DNA of 64,000 nucleotides from Bacteriovoracaceae bacterium (GTDB lineage: Bacteria; Bdellovibrionota; Bacteriovoracia; Bacteriovoracales; Bacteriovoracaceae), in NCBI GenBank assembly GCA_041586955.1, contig JBFGZE010000002.1, positions 43,451 through 107,450 on the forward strand, read 5' to 3'. Within the stretch, counting starts at the first letter, position 1; every line of letters starts with the position of its first letter. The position numbers were made by a program, and so were the translations under genes. The notes below the pieces were generated by a model, which was given only the letters and a program-made list of their open reading frames with translations, had not been told where the DNA came from and made no database searches. This document shows, in pieces, positions 30,517 to 39,678 of the stretch.

Positions 30517-31239
30517 CTAGAAACTCATCCCAATAGAAAGAATCACATCTGAATTACTTCTCCACTCATCGGCAGCAGATTGTCCTGGTACGCTTGGCCC
30601 AGGAGCTTTATACATGGCCCTTTGGTAATCGACATCTAAATGGAAGCTTGGGGTCACGTGAACACGAAGACCTGTTTTTAAGATCGTACCAGTATAACTT
30701 TCTTCATTATAGGTATCGGCGGTGGAAACATTTGAGACTGTCAGCGCATTTGACTCTGTCGCTAACTTTGTTAATCCTAGGCCAAAATTCCAATCAAAGT
30801 ATATAATTTTATTAAAAGTATTTATTTTACCGTAAAATGGAGAGTAAATAGCTAAAGCAGATATTTGACTTTTCATACGGCGGATAAAGGGGATAGACTG
30901 ATTAATAGATTGAATACTTTGAAAAGCTTCATTATTTGATGTTGAATATTTATTATAACCAACTTCGAATGCCCATTCTTCATTGAAATAATAACCAGCA
31001 CTTCCTTTTAACCCCTTGGTTGATTGGAACTCGCCGGTTATCCCCATTAAATACCCACCGTTTATATAAAAGGAATCGGCCTTTTTAAAAACTTTGTTTT
31101 GAAGAACATAAACAGATTTGTCTGGGTCTAGCCATAGGAAATCATAGAGGTCTTTTTCACTTGAAAACGAGGAAACCGACGCTGCGAGAAGCAGCATCGG
31201 AAGGAAACACTTTTTAAATAGCTTAACATTTATGCACAT
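30517..31239 (-). CDS. Outer-membrane beta-barrel, GltA/GltB-like
   Basis: VYVLQNK, YSPFYGK, terminal IGMSF. ATG overlaps the upstream stop (TAATG). Confidence 0.78.
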   Translation of the reverse strand: MCINVKLFKKCFLPMLLLAASVSSFSSEKDLYDFLWLDPDKSVYVLQNKVFKKADSFYINGGYLMGITGEFQSTKGLKGSAGYYFNEEWAFEVGYNKYSTSNNEAFQSIQSINQSIPFIRRMKSQISALAIYSPFYGKINTFNKIIYFDWNFGLGLTKLATESNALTVSNVSTADTYNEESYTGTILKTGLRVHVTPSFHLDVDYQRAMYKAPGPSVPGQSAADEWRSNSDVILSIGMSF

Positions 31240-32411
31240 TAGTTGGCTCCAGGACAATAATCGTACTCGATCTTGATTTGTGACCCCTTGTCAGGGACTG
31301 AGTTTTGGTCAAATTTGATAAGACGTGACGAGCTAATGTAATCATATCCGCTGGTCTGATCGACACTATCCACCGAAACTTCGATTGTTGAAACAATAGG
31401 ACTTTTAGCAAGAGCAAAGCTGTCTACCAGCTCTAAAATTGCGATACCCATATTACTTAAAGTTGTATAGAAGTCTTGATGGATACTTGATGTTGTTCCA
31501 CCGGTTAAGTCGGAAACTGATTTATATCTATAACCGATATACTTTTCTGCGATATTATATTCTGGAGTTTGGACAATGGAGTGAACTTTAACCATGCCCT
31601 CATTTTTCTTTAATGATTTGAAGTAATTAGCGTAAGCTATAGACGTTTCAAGGGAATGATCTTCTTCATCTGAAACGTAAACAACAACAAGGTAGGCGTC
31701 AGGTCTTAAAAAGCTACTTGCATGTTTTTGCAAAAATGATTTGGAAGTTTGAAGACCTTTTTCATTACCACTTCCTCTAACGCCGACCTTGATCCAACTT
31801 TTAAAGGTATTGATGAACTGCTGTTCATCTTCTTTTGCTTTTACTGAGGTGAGAGCTGTTAAGTTACCAATAACGTTACCGTTATATTCTGAACGGCCAT
31901 CAGTTGTTGTGATACCCATTTTAAAATCTATATCTCTTGTAATAAATTCATTAATGAATGCATCAAAGTTGCGAGCAAGATCTTCCTGTTCATCGCCCAT
32001 GGAACCGGAGTTATCCATGACCCAGATAATATCAACTTTACTACTGGTCATATTTTGAGTGAAGTTTTCTACTTTATGCATAAGGCTTGAAGCATCACAT
32101 GATATTTGTGTTTGGCCTTGATTTTGATCTGGTGTTTGCCCAGGCATTGAAGTCGAACCTTGACCAGGTAATGACGTTGAACCTTGGCCAGGCAATGATG
32201 TTGAACCCTGGCCAGGAATGTTACCTGGTCTTTCTGGAGTCATAATGCCTTCTTGGGTGTCAGGGTCATCACTTAGTCTTTGTTCCTCTGGAACACCATA
32301 GCCTTCAAGATACTCTTTTTGGTAAAACTCTGCATCTTGGCAGGAGTTTAAAGTTAGTCCTAGCAACGAAGTCAGCATTGCGACTTTAATAGATTGATGA
32401 AAAGATTTCAT
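31239..32411 (-). CDS. vWA-domain lipoprotein (CglB-like adhesin candidate)
   Basis: Lipobox LNSC; MIDAS motif DIIWVMDNSGSM, GITTTD, VSDEED. Confidence 0.8.
   Translation of the reverse strand: MKSFHQSIKVAMLTSLLGLTLNSCQDAEFYQKEYLEGYGVPEEQRLSDDPDTQEGIMTPERPGNIPGQGSTSLPGQGSTSLPGQGSTSMPGQTPDQNQGQTQISCDASSLMHKVENFTQNMTSSKVDIIWVMDNSGSMGDEQEDLARNFDAFINEFITRDIDFKMGITTTDGRSEYNGNVIGNLTALTSVKAKEDEQQFINTFKSWIKVGVRGSGNEKGLQTSKSFLQKHASSFLRPDAYLVVVYVSDEEDHSLETSIAYANYFKSLKKNEGMVKVHSIVQTPEYNIAEKYIGYRYKSVSDLTGGTTSSIHQDFYTTLSNMGIAILELVDSFALAKSPIVSTIEVSVDSVDQTSGYDYISSSRLIKFDQNSVPDKGSQIKIEYDYCPGAN
32136..32216 (-). repeat. Degenerate 24-bp coding tandem repeat (PGQGSTS[L/M] x3)
   Basis: Protein reads PGQGSTSL PGQGSTSL PGQGSTSM PGQ; copies differ at synonymous positions. 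Confidence 0.9.
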
Positions 32412-32632
32412 AGAGAGGTTCCAAATGCTGTTTTATCCAAAACCTAATAAATCGTAATAGAATTCATACAATTTATATTTGAATAAACAACCATTTTTGG
32501 ATTTTGGGAGCAACAAACGTACCTGTAGAAAAAACGTACCGTACAAAAACCAAAAAAAAAATCTGATCAATTCTGATCAAGTTACTCCTAATTTAGCACA
32601 ATCAAGAATTATTTGAAGTAAGTGATCATATG

Positions 32633-32661
32633 GGGATCGGTTTTTTGCGAGTTTAACTTTA
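32633..32661 (-). promoter_or_regulatory. Candidate sigma-28-like promoter of the gliding operon
   Basis: Minus strand TAAAG-N15-ACCGATCC. Confidence 0.4.
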
Positions 32662-32806
32662 AAGATAAAGACTTACAGACGATAAAAAAAAAATTACCAA
32701 GAAATTAAATTTGATAAAAAAGCGCCATTTTTTTTTGGCGAAGACGGGGCGGTTTAATAATTTCAAACAATTAACTCTGTGAACCTTACTGCCTTATTCT
32801 TTACTT

Positions 32807-35578
32807 TTAATAAATAAATCGAAGGGAGTCGAGATTCATTTCCGCTCGATCAATATATGCTAGGAGATCAGCTTGTTTGGATTTTAATTTCACAATATCG
32901 CTTGTGGAGTCTAGTGGGTTGACTCTCTGTAGATATTCTAAACGATCGGCTTCGAAATTAAGCTTGAGGTTAACTTGCTTCTTCGCATCTAGAATTATGT
33001 TTTCAAATTTGACCTCTGCTATGGAGGAGGCCTTCTTGAGTAAGGTTTTTAACCTTTCTTTGCCTATCTTGGTAACGATCATGCGAATTTCTTTACTTGC
33101 ATCAACTAAGGCGCTGTCTAATTTTTCTTTAGCAAATTTTTCACTAAAGTCGTCGGCCTCTAGATTGATCAGAACTCTTAATGTTTGGGGGGGGAGGAAT
33201 CTTTCAATCTCTAATGCTTTTGGCGCGACACTGGAAATTAGGAAAAAAATTTCAATGAAAGGTTTTGGTTTCCCCGCTTTTGCCCGGGTTGTGACGGTCG
33301 CGTTGCCAAATTCTCCACCCATGATTAATTCCATCACACCCTGAACTAATGGATGATCCCAAGTCATAAATGTAATTTCTTCTTTTTCAAGGGCCTTTTG
33401 CCGCGAGCAAGTATAGGTGAAACCGGCAGCCGGTAGGTTAGGGAATGAGGGGACATACATATTATCCCCCGGTTTGATATAGTAACAATCGTCGCCCAAT
33501 TCCTCTAAGTCGACACCGAAATTATTAAAAACTGATTCGAGGTACTTTTGTAGTTCATCTGATTCATCAATTCTCTTAATCGCATCAACGATTTCTTGGG
33601 CATCATCCTTTCTAAAGGAATTAAGCTCGATAAGAATGTCGCGGCCAGACTCTAAATCTTGGGATATCTTTAAATAGCTCTCCTGGCACCTTAAAAGTAA
33701 TTTATTCAATTCACTATTATTATCTTTAAGTAAAGCTTCAACATTTGAAAAGCTAGCGTTTAATTCTTCTTGAAAAAGGTCTAGTACTTTCATTCCACCA
33801 TTCATCGTTTTTTTGAAGGCGTTTAAGGAATCATGATAAAATCGAAAGAGGATTTCTTCCCAACTATTTTTAAGATATGGTACATGAATATGGATATCTC
33901 TATTTTGGCCAATACGATCTAATCGTCCAATTCTTTGTTCCAAGAGGTCTGGTGTCGATGGTAAATCAAATAGCACTAATTGGTTGGAAAATTCAAAGTT
34001 TCGCCCTTCACTGCCAATTTCTGAGCAGAGTAAAATTGGCGCCCCTTCTGGGTCTGAGAAATAGGCCGCTTGTCTATCTCTTGCTAATAAAGAAAGATCA
34101 CTATGAAATAAGGCGATCTTGGCCGGGCCGTAGCTGCGCAAGAGGTCTTTTTCAATTTGGAGTACTTTTTCCTTTGACTGACAAATTAAGAGAATTTTTT
34201 CTTTGGGATTAGATTTTAAAAACTCGATGAGCCATATTAAACGCAATTGATATGATGAACTTGTAAAATGCTCGTCAGGGGCATAATTGACATAATTTAT
34301 TTCTTCGTCTGAGGATTCACCCAAAGGAATAGGGTGAAGAAAGCGCTCAGGAAAGAAGTTATATGTCTTACACATAACGGCCCGGGTATTTCTAAAATAA
34401 ATTCTTCCCGTTCCATGTCGGTCAATTAAAGAATTGAGAATTTCATCATCGTTGGTTTCTTCTATTCCAATTTTATCTAAAATTGCTCGGTCAGCAGCAT
34501 CAAGTGGAACTTTCTCAACAAGCTTTTTTCCAACCAATGCCATGTCATTTAATACATCATGGTCTTTGATGAACTTTTGGTAGTCAAAGAAATGGTCAGG
34601 ATCTATGAGTTTAAGTCTGGCGAAATGACCTTCAAGGCCAAACATTTCAGGTGTTGCCGTTAATAAAAGGAGGCCCTTGATATGACTCCCTAATTGTTCG
34701 ATATTTCGGTAGGTCTCACTGGGATTACCTTCGCTATACTCCATTCTATGAGCTTCATCGACTACTAATAAGTCAAACTTAGCGTCGAGAATATTTTGTT
34801 TTACTTTTTCAGAAGAGTTAATTAATTGAATACTCGTAATAACAAAATTATTTTCATCAAAGGGATTGGTTTGATTATTTAGGGTATCAGATTCTGATAT
34901 TACGGTAAAAGATAAGTTATACTTCCTATACATTTCTAAAAACCATTGGAAGCATAAAGCATTGGGTAAAACAATCAAGACTCTTTCAATTCTATTCGTA
35001 ATTAAAAGTTTATGGATAATGAGTCCCGCTTCAATAGTTTTTCCAAGACCAACTTCATCTGCCAGTAGTACACGTGGATGAATGCGTTTTACTATTTCAT
35101 TCACTAAGTATAATTGGTGGTGAATGAGGCCTATTCGCGCCCCAATCAGGCCATAATAAGGGTTAGAGCTGAGCCAGGTTTTAAGTTTGATTGTCTGATA
35201 TCGTAAATTAAAGAGTTCTTGTGAATCCGTTCCAAGGTTGAGTAGCTTTTCTTCCGGGCGATGAAAGTTGATAGAATCTAAAAGGTCGCATTCCTTGAAG
35301 GCCTGATTGATATCTTGGCCGACATAAATAATAAGGCCATCATCATCTTCTATAGTCTGACTCACAATAAATTTTACTTGATTGTTCGAAACGACTTCAT
35401 CACCAATTTCAAATAAAATTCGTTTTAATGGCGCTGTTTTTTTACCATATCGCCTTTGCTCACCGCATGCAGGGTAGGAAACAACCAATGTTTTATCTTC
35501 AATTTTTACTACCAAACCAAGCCCTAATTCGGGCTCGGCAACACTCATATAACGTTGACCAATAATTAGATTTTTCAT
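32807..35578 (-). CDS. rapA: RNA polymerase-associated SNF2 ATPase RapA (HepA)
   Basis: GQRYMSVAEPELGLG N-terminus, LADEVGLGKT, DEAH, SEIGSEGRNF, EQRIGRLDRIGQ. Confidence 0.95.
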   Translation of the reverse strand: MKNLIIGQRYMSVAEPELGLGLVVKIEDKTLVVSYPACGEQRRYGKKTAPLKRILFEIGDEVVSNNQVKFIVSQTIEDDDGLIIYVGQDINQAFKECDLLDSINFHRPEEKLLNLGTDSQELFNLRYQTIKLKTWLSSNPYYGLIGARIGLIHHQLYLVNEIVKRIHPRVLLADEVGLGKTIEAGLIIHKLLITNRIERVLIVLPNALCFQWFLEMYRKYNLSFTVISESDTLNNQTNPFDENNFVITSIQLINSSEKVKQNILDAKFDLLVVDEAHRMEYSEGNPSETYRNIEQLGSHIKGLLLLTATPEMFGLEGHFARLKLIDPDHFFDYQKFIKDHDVLNDMALVGKKLVEKVPLDAADRAILDKIGIEETNDDEILNSLIDRHGTGRIYFRNTRAVMCKTYNFFPERFLHPIPLGESSDEEINYVNYAPDEHFTSSSYQLRLIWLIEFLKSNPKEKILLICQSKEKVLQIEKDLLRSYGPAKIALFHSDLSLLARDRQAAYFSDPEGAPILLCSEIGSEGRNFEFSNQLVLFDLPSTPDLLEQRIGRLDRIGQNRDIHIHVPYLKNSWEEILFRFYHDSLNAFKKTMNGGMKVLDLFQEELNASFSNVEALLKDNNSELNKLLLRCQESYLKISQDLESGRDILIELNSFRKDDAQEIVDAIKRIDESDELQKYLESVFNNFGVDLEELGDDCYYIKPGDNMYVPSFPNLPAAGFTYTCSRQKALEKEEITFMTWDHPLVQGVMELIMGGEFGNATVTTRAKAGKPKPFIEIFFLISSVAPKALEIERFLPPQTLRVLINLEADDFSEKFAKEKLDSALVDASKEIRMIVTKIGKERLKTLLKKASSIAEVKFENIILDAKKQVNLKLNFEADRLEYLQRVNPLDSTSDIVKLKSKQADLLAYIDRAEMNLDSLRFIY

Positions 35579-35679
35579 GCCAATATTATAATAGATTCAC
35601 TATATTTTGTCTTGGCCCCATATAAGGAATTCCTCACGAAGGCCCATTTTGAACAGAAAAAAGACATGGGAAATTGATT

Positions 35680-36345
35680 TCAAGGGATAAGTTCTTTTAA
35701 TTTTTCGAGAATTGGCCTTTTTAAACGATGGCCCTCATCTTCAATTAAATAAAAATTACCCGTAAAATGGTCGCGTTTTTGCCATAATAAAAAGCGCTCA
35801 TGGGATAATTGAGGGTCCACCATCATATCTAACTCTCCATTAATGGCATTTACTTCAATACTGGCACCCGAAAAAGAGGGAATAAGGTCGAAGCGATAGG
35901 AGGCATTAATGGCAGTTATTTTATGGATTGATAAACTTTTGTCGATGAGAAAGGGGGCGAGGTAGCCTCCTTGAGAATAACCAATAATATGTAAGGGTAA
36001 TTGGTCATCAAAGGATAAAAGCAATTGGCGCAATAAAAGCGCTGGAGTTTTATAATCAATAAGATAGCGATCTTCTTTGGCGTCGTAGAAATACCAGGCG
36101 TATCCCTTGATCAGGTCATTTTCACTTTTCTCAAGTGGAAAGCGGCCTAAAAGCGGGAAGGGCCCGTTTGGGGCAATAATATGGGTATTGCGATTAAAGA
36201 GTGGGGCACAGTGATTCATCATAAAGGCGGCCTTTTGCCCAAAGCCGTGCAATAGTAAAACTCGGTACTGGCAGTTCTCTTTCTCATTTTTTTCAAAATA
36301 AGTCAGTGGTATTTCGGTGCTAAGTAACTTTGTCTTTATTGTCAT
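35680..36345 (-). CDS. Alpha/beta hydrolase (phospholipase/carboxylesterase-like)
   Basis: LLHGFGQ, GYSQGG nucleophile elbow, GELD, EGH. Confidence 0.85.
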   Translation of the reverse strand: MTIKTKLLSTEIPLTYFEKNEKENCQYRVLLLHGFGQKAAFMMNHCAPLFNRNTHIIAPNGPFPLLGRFPLEKSENDLIKGYAWYFYDAKEDRYLIDYKTPALLLRQLLLSFDDQLPLHIIGYSQGGYLAPFLIDKSLSIHKITAINASYRFDLIPSFSGASIEVNAINGELDMMVDPQLSHERFLLWQKRDHFTGNFYLIEDEGHRLKRPILEKLKELIP

Positions 36346-36980
36346 GATACAGGGATGCTAAAGAGAGCACATAAGGTCCACGTCACTATCGCCGTGATCA
36401 AGGGAATGGTGAGATTATCATCTATTTTAATAGGTAACATTTCAAACCCCGATATGATTGTCGCGCTAATAAAGGCAAATATAGCAACCTTAAAATCTAA
36501 AAGGTTGGCCGAATAATAAACAAAGAGGACGATGAAGAAATGAGATAAAAAGAAGGCCGTGGAGCCCTCGATACTTTTATGCTCGACGATATGGTGTTTA
36601 CCAAAGCGAATACCAATAATTGCTGATAAGGGATCACTAATTCCAAGGGTGTAAATGGCGATGACTGCCGGTAATTTAGGGAAGGTTATAATAGTGAGAA
36701 GAATTCCCATAATAAAGGGAATGCCGGCAGATTCTTTTAATTGCTCCTCTGCACGATATATGTTTTTGATCATGGGAGCGATTTTTTGTGCCAAAGCGGG
36801 ATAATTAATTCGAAATTGTTCAAGAACATAAACAATTGAGGCACAAAGCCCCAAAATGGTAATGGATTGGGTATGAGTTAAAAGGTATCGATAGACGGTT
36901 CCCACCAAAACCCCCATGCAGCAATGAAAAAAGCGTCGTGCCCATTGTAGGTCCTTACGTGTCGCCTTTAATTCTTCCAT
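36342..36980 (-). CDS. CTP-dependent diacylglycerol/polyprenol (dolichol/phytol) kinase family
   Basis: RRFFH, DPLSAIIG, KSIEGS and DDNLTIP motifs; multi-TM. Confidence 0.85.
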   Translation of the reverse strand: MEELKATRKDLQWARRFFHCCMGVLVGTVYRYLLTHTQSITILGLCASIVYVLEQFRINYPALAQKIAPMIKNIYRAEEQLKESAGIPFIMGILLTIITFPKLPAVIAIYTLGISDPLSAIIGIRFGKHHIVEHKSIEGSTAFFLSHFFIVLFVYYSANLLDFKVAIFAFISATIISGFEMLPIKIDDNLTIPLITAIVTWTLCALFSIPVS

Positions 36981-37082
36981 TTATACCCTCCTCGGCATAA
37001 TTGATTTATCGGTTGGGTCAGGGCACTGTCTTGGGGTATAATTGTAGTAGAAGAACATTTTTCCATATTTTAGGATGATTTC

Positions 37083-37226
37083 ATGACGCCAAAAAAATTG
37101 TCTCAAGTATTTTCAATTATCTCCTGCCTTGCCAAGAATGGGGCAACACCCGAGGAAATCTCTTGGTTAAGACGGGAGATAGACCAGTATATCAGAGGGC
37201 TTTTTGGTAATCGCATCGATCAATAA
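37083..37226 (+). CDS. Possible small protein (47 aa), absent from the ORF track
   Basis: MTPKKLSQVFSIISCLAKNGATPEEISWLRREIDQYIRGLFGNRIDQ; AGGA upstream; fills the intergenic gap. Confidence 0.4.
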   Translation: MTPKKLSQVFSIISCLAKNGATPEEISWLRREIDQYIRGLFGNRIDQ

Positions 37227-37236
37227 AAGCAGGCCA

Positions 37237-37623
37237 TTAAAGGCCCTGTTCAAGTATATCTCTTTCTGTATTGAGATTGCGCTGGTTGGCCGCTTTAGCA
37301 TCAAACTTATCCCCATAACGGGCCTTCAATTTCTTTAGATTGGTATCCATGATCTGTTCAAAAGGGAGGTCCAGTGCGTCTGCCATTATTGCTAGATACC
37401 AGAAAATATCGCCCATCTCTTCCGCTAAATTAACGCGATCAATGTCTTTACCGTAAAAAATATGCTTTTTAAGGTTGTCGAGAATTTCACCGGCCTCAGT
37501 AGAAAGACCAATACCACTATGAAGTAGCCTTAAAGTCTCATCTTTAGAAACTCGCTCTCCCATGGCGGTGAAATTTGTTGACTCTGTTGTTGTCGCGCCA
37601 TCAATATAAACTCTTGAATCCAT
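37237..37623 (-). CDS. MazG-like nucleoside triphosphate pyrophosphohydrolase
   Basis: GLSTEAGEI, EEMGDIFWY, NLKKLKARY. Confidence 0.88.
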   Translation of the reverse strand: MDSRVYIDGATTTESTNFTAMGERVSKDETLRLLHSGIGLSTEAGEILDNLKKHIFYGKDIDRVNLAEEMGDIFWYLAIMADALDLPFEQIMDTNLKKLKARYGDKFDAKAANQRNLNTERDILEQGL

Positions 37624-37641
37624 AAGTTCTCCTATCCTTAT

Positions 37642-38604
37642 TTAGACCTCATAACCCTTCGTCGAGGGACGAACGATACGAGAATAAAGGGTTAAATTTT
37701 TATCAAAAATAAAACGTAATAATAATTTAGTCCATGATTGATGAGCGTAAAGTTCATCGTAAAATTCAGGTGCCATCGCTTTGAGTTTGGGTAAGTGAAT
37801 CCAAGGAACTTTAAAGAGATCATGGTGCTCATTATGGTAGCCAATATTGAAATTGATCTTGTTTAAGATGCCATAATAGGAATAGGTTTCTTGATCTTCT
37901 TTAAAAAGATAATGCTCTTGAATCCAGCGCGCTCCAACGGGGTGTAAACCAACAGCGAAGAAAGTTGAAAGCAGAAGATAGCCGAGCGCCTGAGGTCCTC
38001 CCCACCAATAAATGAGAGTATTAAAAGCGATGACAGCGACAAAATTAATTATTAACCATAGGTCGATTAGACTGCCTTTTTTGAGGCGCATGGGGCGTAC
38101 CGCTTCAACAGCAAGAAACCCAAGAAACCAAATAATTTTACGGAAAGGTGAACGACCAACCCATTGGGCCTCTTTATGAAAGGCCATATCTGCATCATAA
38201 TCATATTCTGACATATGCGCATGGTGGATAATATGGAAAGTTCGAAAGCCAATAGCACTGGGAAAACCTTGCGCCAAATTGCAAATAATACCAAGAATCC
38301 GATTATTATTTTTGCCTTTGACAATGAGATCGTGGGCCGCCTCATGCATCATTGCAAAGAGTCCATGATTCATAATGGCGCCAATGAGGAAAGACGCCAA
38401 TAAAACCCATCCCCAGGAGAGGTCATTAAGACCTAAGTATAAGGCAATGGCGACTTGAATAGCGGTCCATACTAGAATATAGAGAGCAGACAGGGGATAG
38501 GGTCCCATTAATTCTCTCACTTCGGGGTACTTTTTAACAATCTCTCGACCGCGGGCAACATGGGGATTGGGGTCGGTGGTAAATCTAAACTGGTCCTTAC
38601 GCAT
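37642..38604 (-). CDS. Membrane desaturase, sphingolipid delta-4 desaturase (DES1/DEGS)-like
   Basis: His boxes HEAAH, HIIHH, HNEHH; N-terminal PHVARGREIVKKYPEVRELMG; QETYSYYG. ATG at 38604 after GAGGA. Confidence 0.82.
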   Translation of the reverse strand: MRKDQFRFTTDPNPHVARGREIVKKYPEVRELMGPYPLSALYILVWTAIQVAIALYLGLNDLSWGWVLLASFLIGAIMNHGLFAMMHEAAHDLIVKGKNNNRILGIICNLAQGFPSAIGFRTFHIIHHAHMSEYDYDADMAFHKEAQWVGRSPFRKIIWFLGFLAVEAVRPMRLKKGSLIDLWLIINFVAVIAFNTLIYWWGGPQALGYLLLSTFFAVGLHPVGARWIQEHYLFKEDQETYSYYGILNKINFNIGYHNEHHDLFKVPWIHLPKLKAMAPEFYDELYAHQSWTKLLLRFIFDKNLTLYSRIVRPSTKGYEV

Positions 38605-38694
38605 GGACAATTCCTCTAGGATTAAGCAAAATATGCAGCGAAATGAAAGGTTATATAATGCCAAAGGCCAGATGGCCAAACACAGGTCGTCACT

Positions 38695-39675
38695 ATGTCA
38701 CACATTCTTCTTAAAAAACGTTATCAATTAGAGTATTGCCGGGATACAAGGCCAAGCGTCTCTCTCGGTCCTCATGATCTGCATATACAAACCTATTACT
38801 CTGGGCTTAATTTTGCCGATGTGATGATGTATATGGGCCTTTATCCGGATGCACCGAGTTATCCTTTTGTTCCCGGGTATGAATTCAGCGGCAAGGTTTT
38901 GGCCGTTGGTAGTCAAGTTGTCGGCTTTAAAGAAGGGGATGAAGTCATGGGGGGGCGTCAATTCGGTGCGATGGCCGAGGAAATTACAGTCGCCGCTTCC
39001 CACTGTCTTGTTTTACCCAATAGTCATACTTTGGCCGAGGGAGCAGGCTCTCTTGTCAGTTTTCTCACGGCCTTTATTGCTCTTGAAGAAATGGCGCGCC
39101 TACGGCCAGGTGAGAAATGTTTGGTGGATTGTGCTTCTGGTTCGTTGGGAGTTATGCTTGGCCATTATGCTAGGAAATTTGATTTAACCATGACTGGCCT
39201 CACTTCAAGTCCTTATAAAAAAGGTCTAATTGAGGAAAGAGGAATGCTCGCCTTAACCTTTGAAGAATGGCATCAAACCACAGATCAATATGACATTATT
39301 ATTAATACTAGAGGTGGCAAATTCCTCAAAGATAATTATAAACGCTTGGCGCCTATGGGGAGAATGATTGCCCTAGGCGCGAGCTCTTTTTTTCAAGGGC
39401 ACCGCCTTAATCCTATTACCCTTTTAAAGGGGCTCTTCCAAACGCCTCGTTTCGGCGCTATTCCATTGATGAATGATAATCGCATCGTTGGCGGTCTTAA
39501 TGTTTTACATCTGTTTAACAACCAGGAGCTCATCACCCGGGCCTTAGATGCCTTTCGCCTTTGGGCGCCAAAACCTGTCATTGATGTTATAATACCAGCG
39601 GCTCAGGGGCAAAAGGCCTATGACCGCCTTTTGAATAAAGAAAGTGCCGGTAAGATTCTTCTTCAATGGAGGTAG
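38695..39675 (+). CDS. MDR-superfamily oxidoreductase, VAT-1/quinone oxidoreductase-like
   Basis: GLNFADVM...GLYP, VPGYEFSG, GKILL. Confidence 0.85.
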   Translation: MSHILLKKRYQLEYCRDTRPSVSLGPHDLHIQTYYSGLNFADVMMYMGLYPDAPSYPFVPGYEFSGKVLAVGSQVVGFKEGDEVMGGRQFGAMAEEITVAASHCLVLPNSHTLAEGAGSLVSFLTAFIALEEMARLRPGEKCLVDCASGSLGVMLGHYARKFDLTMTGLTSSPYKKGLIEERGMLALTFEEWHQTTDQYDIIINTRGGKFLKDNYKRLAPMGRMIALGASSFFQGHRLNPITLLKGLFQTPRFGAIPLMNDNRIVGGLNVLHLFNNQELITRALDAFRLWAPKPVIDVIIPAAQGQKAYDRLLNKESAGKILLQWR

Positions 39676-39678
39676 AAA

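Noticed and set aside
32807..35578. SNF2 helicase of a DISARM/Zorya-type defence island
   Set aside because: The N-terminus and overall architecture match housekeeping RapA; no methylase or nuclease partners.
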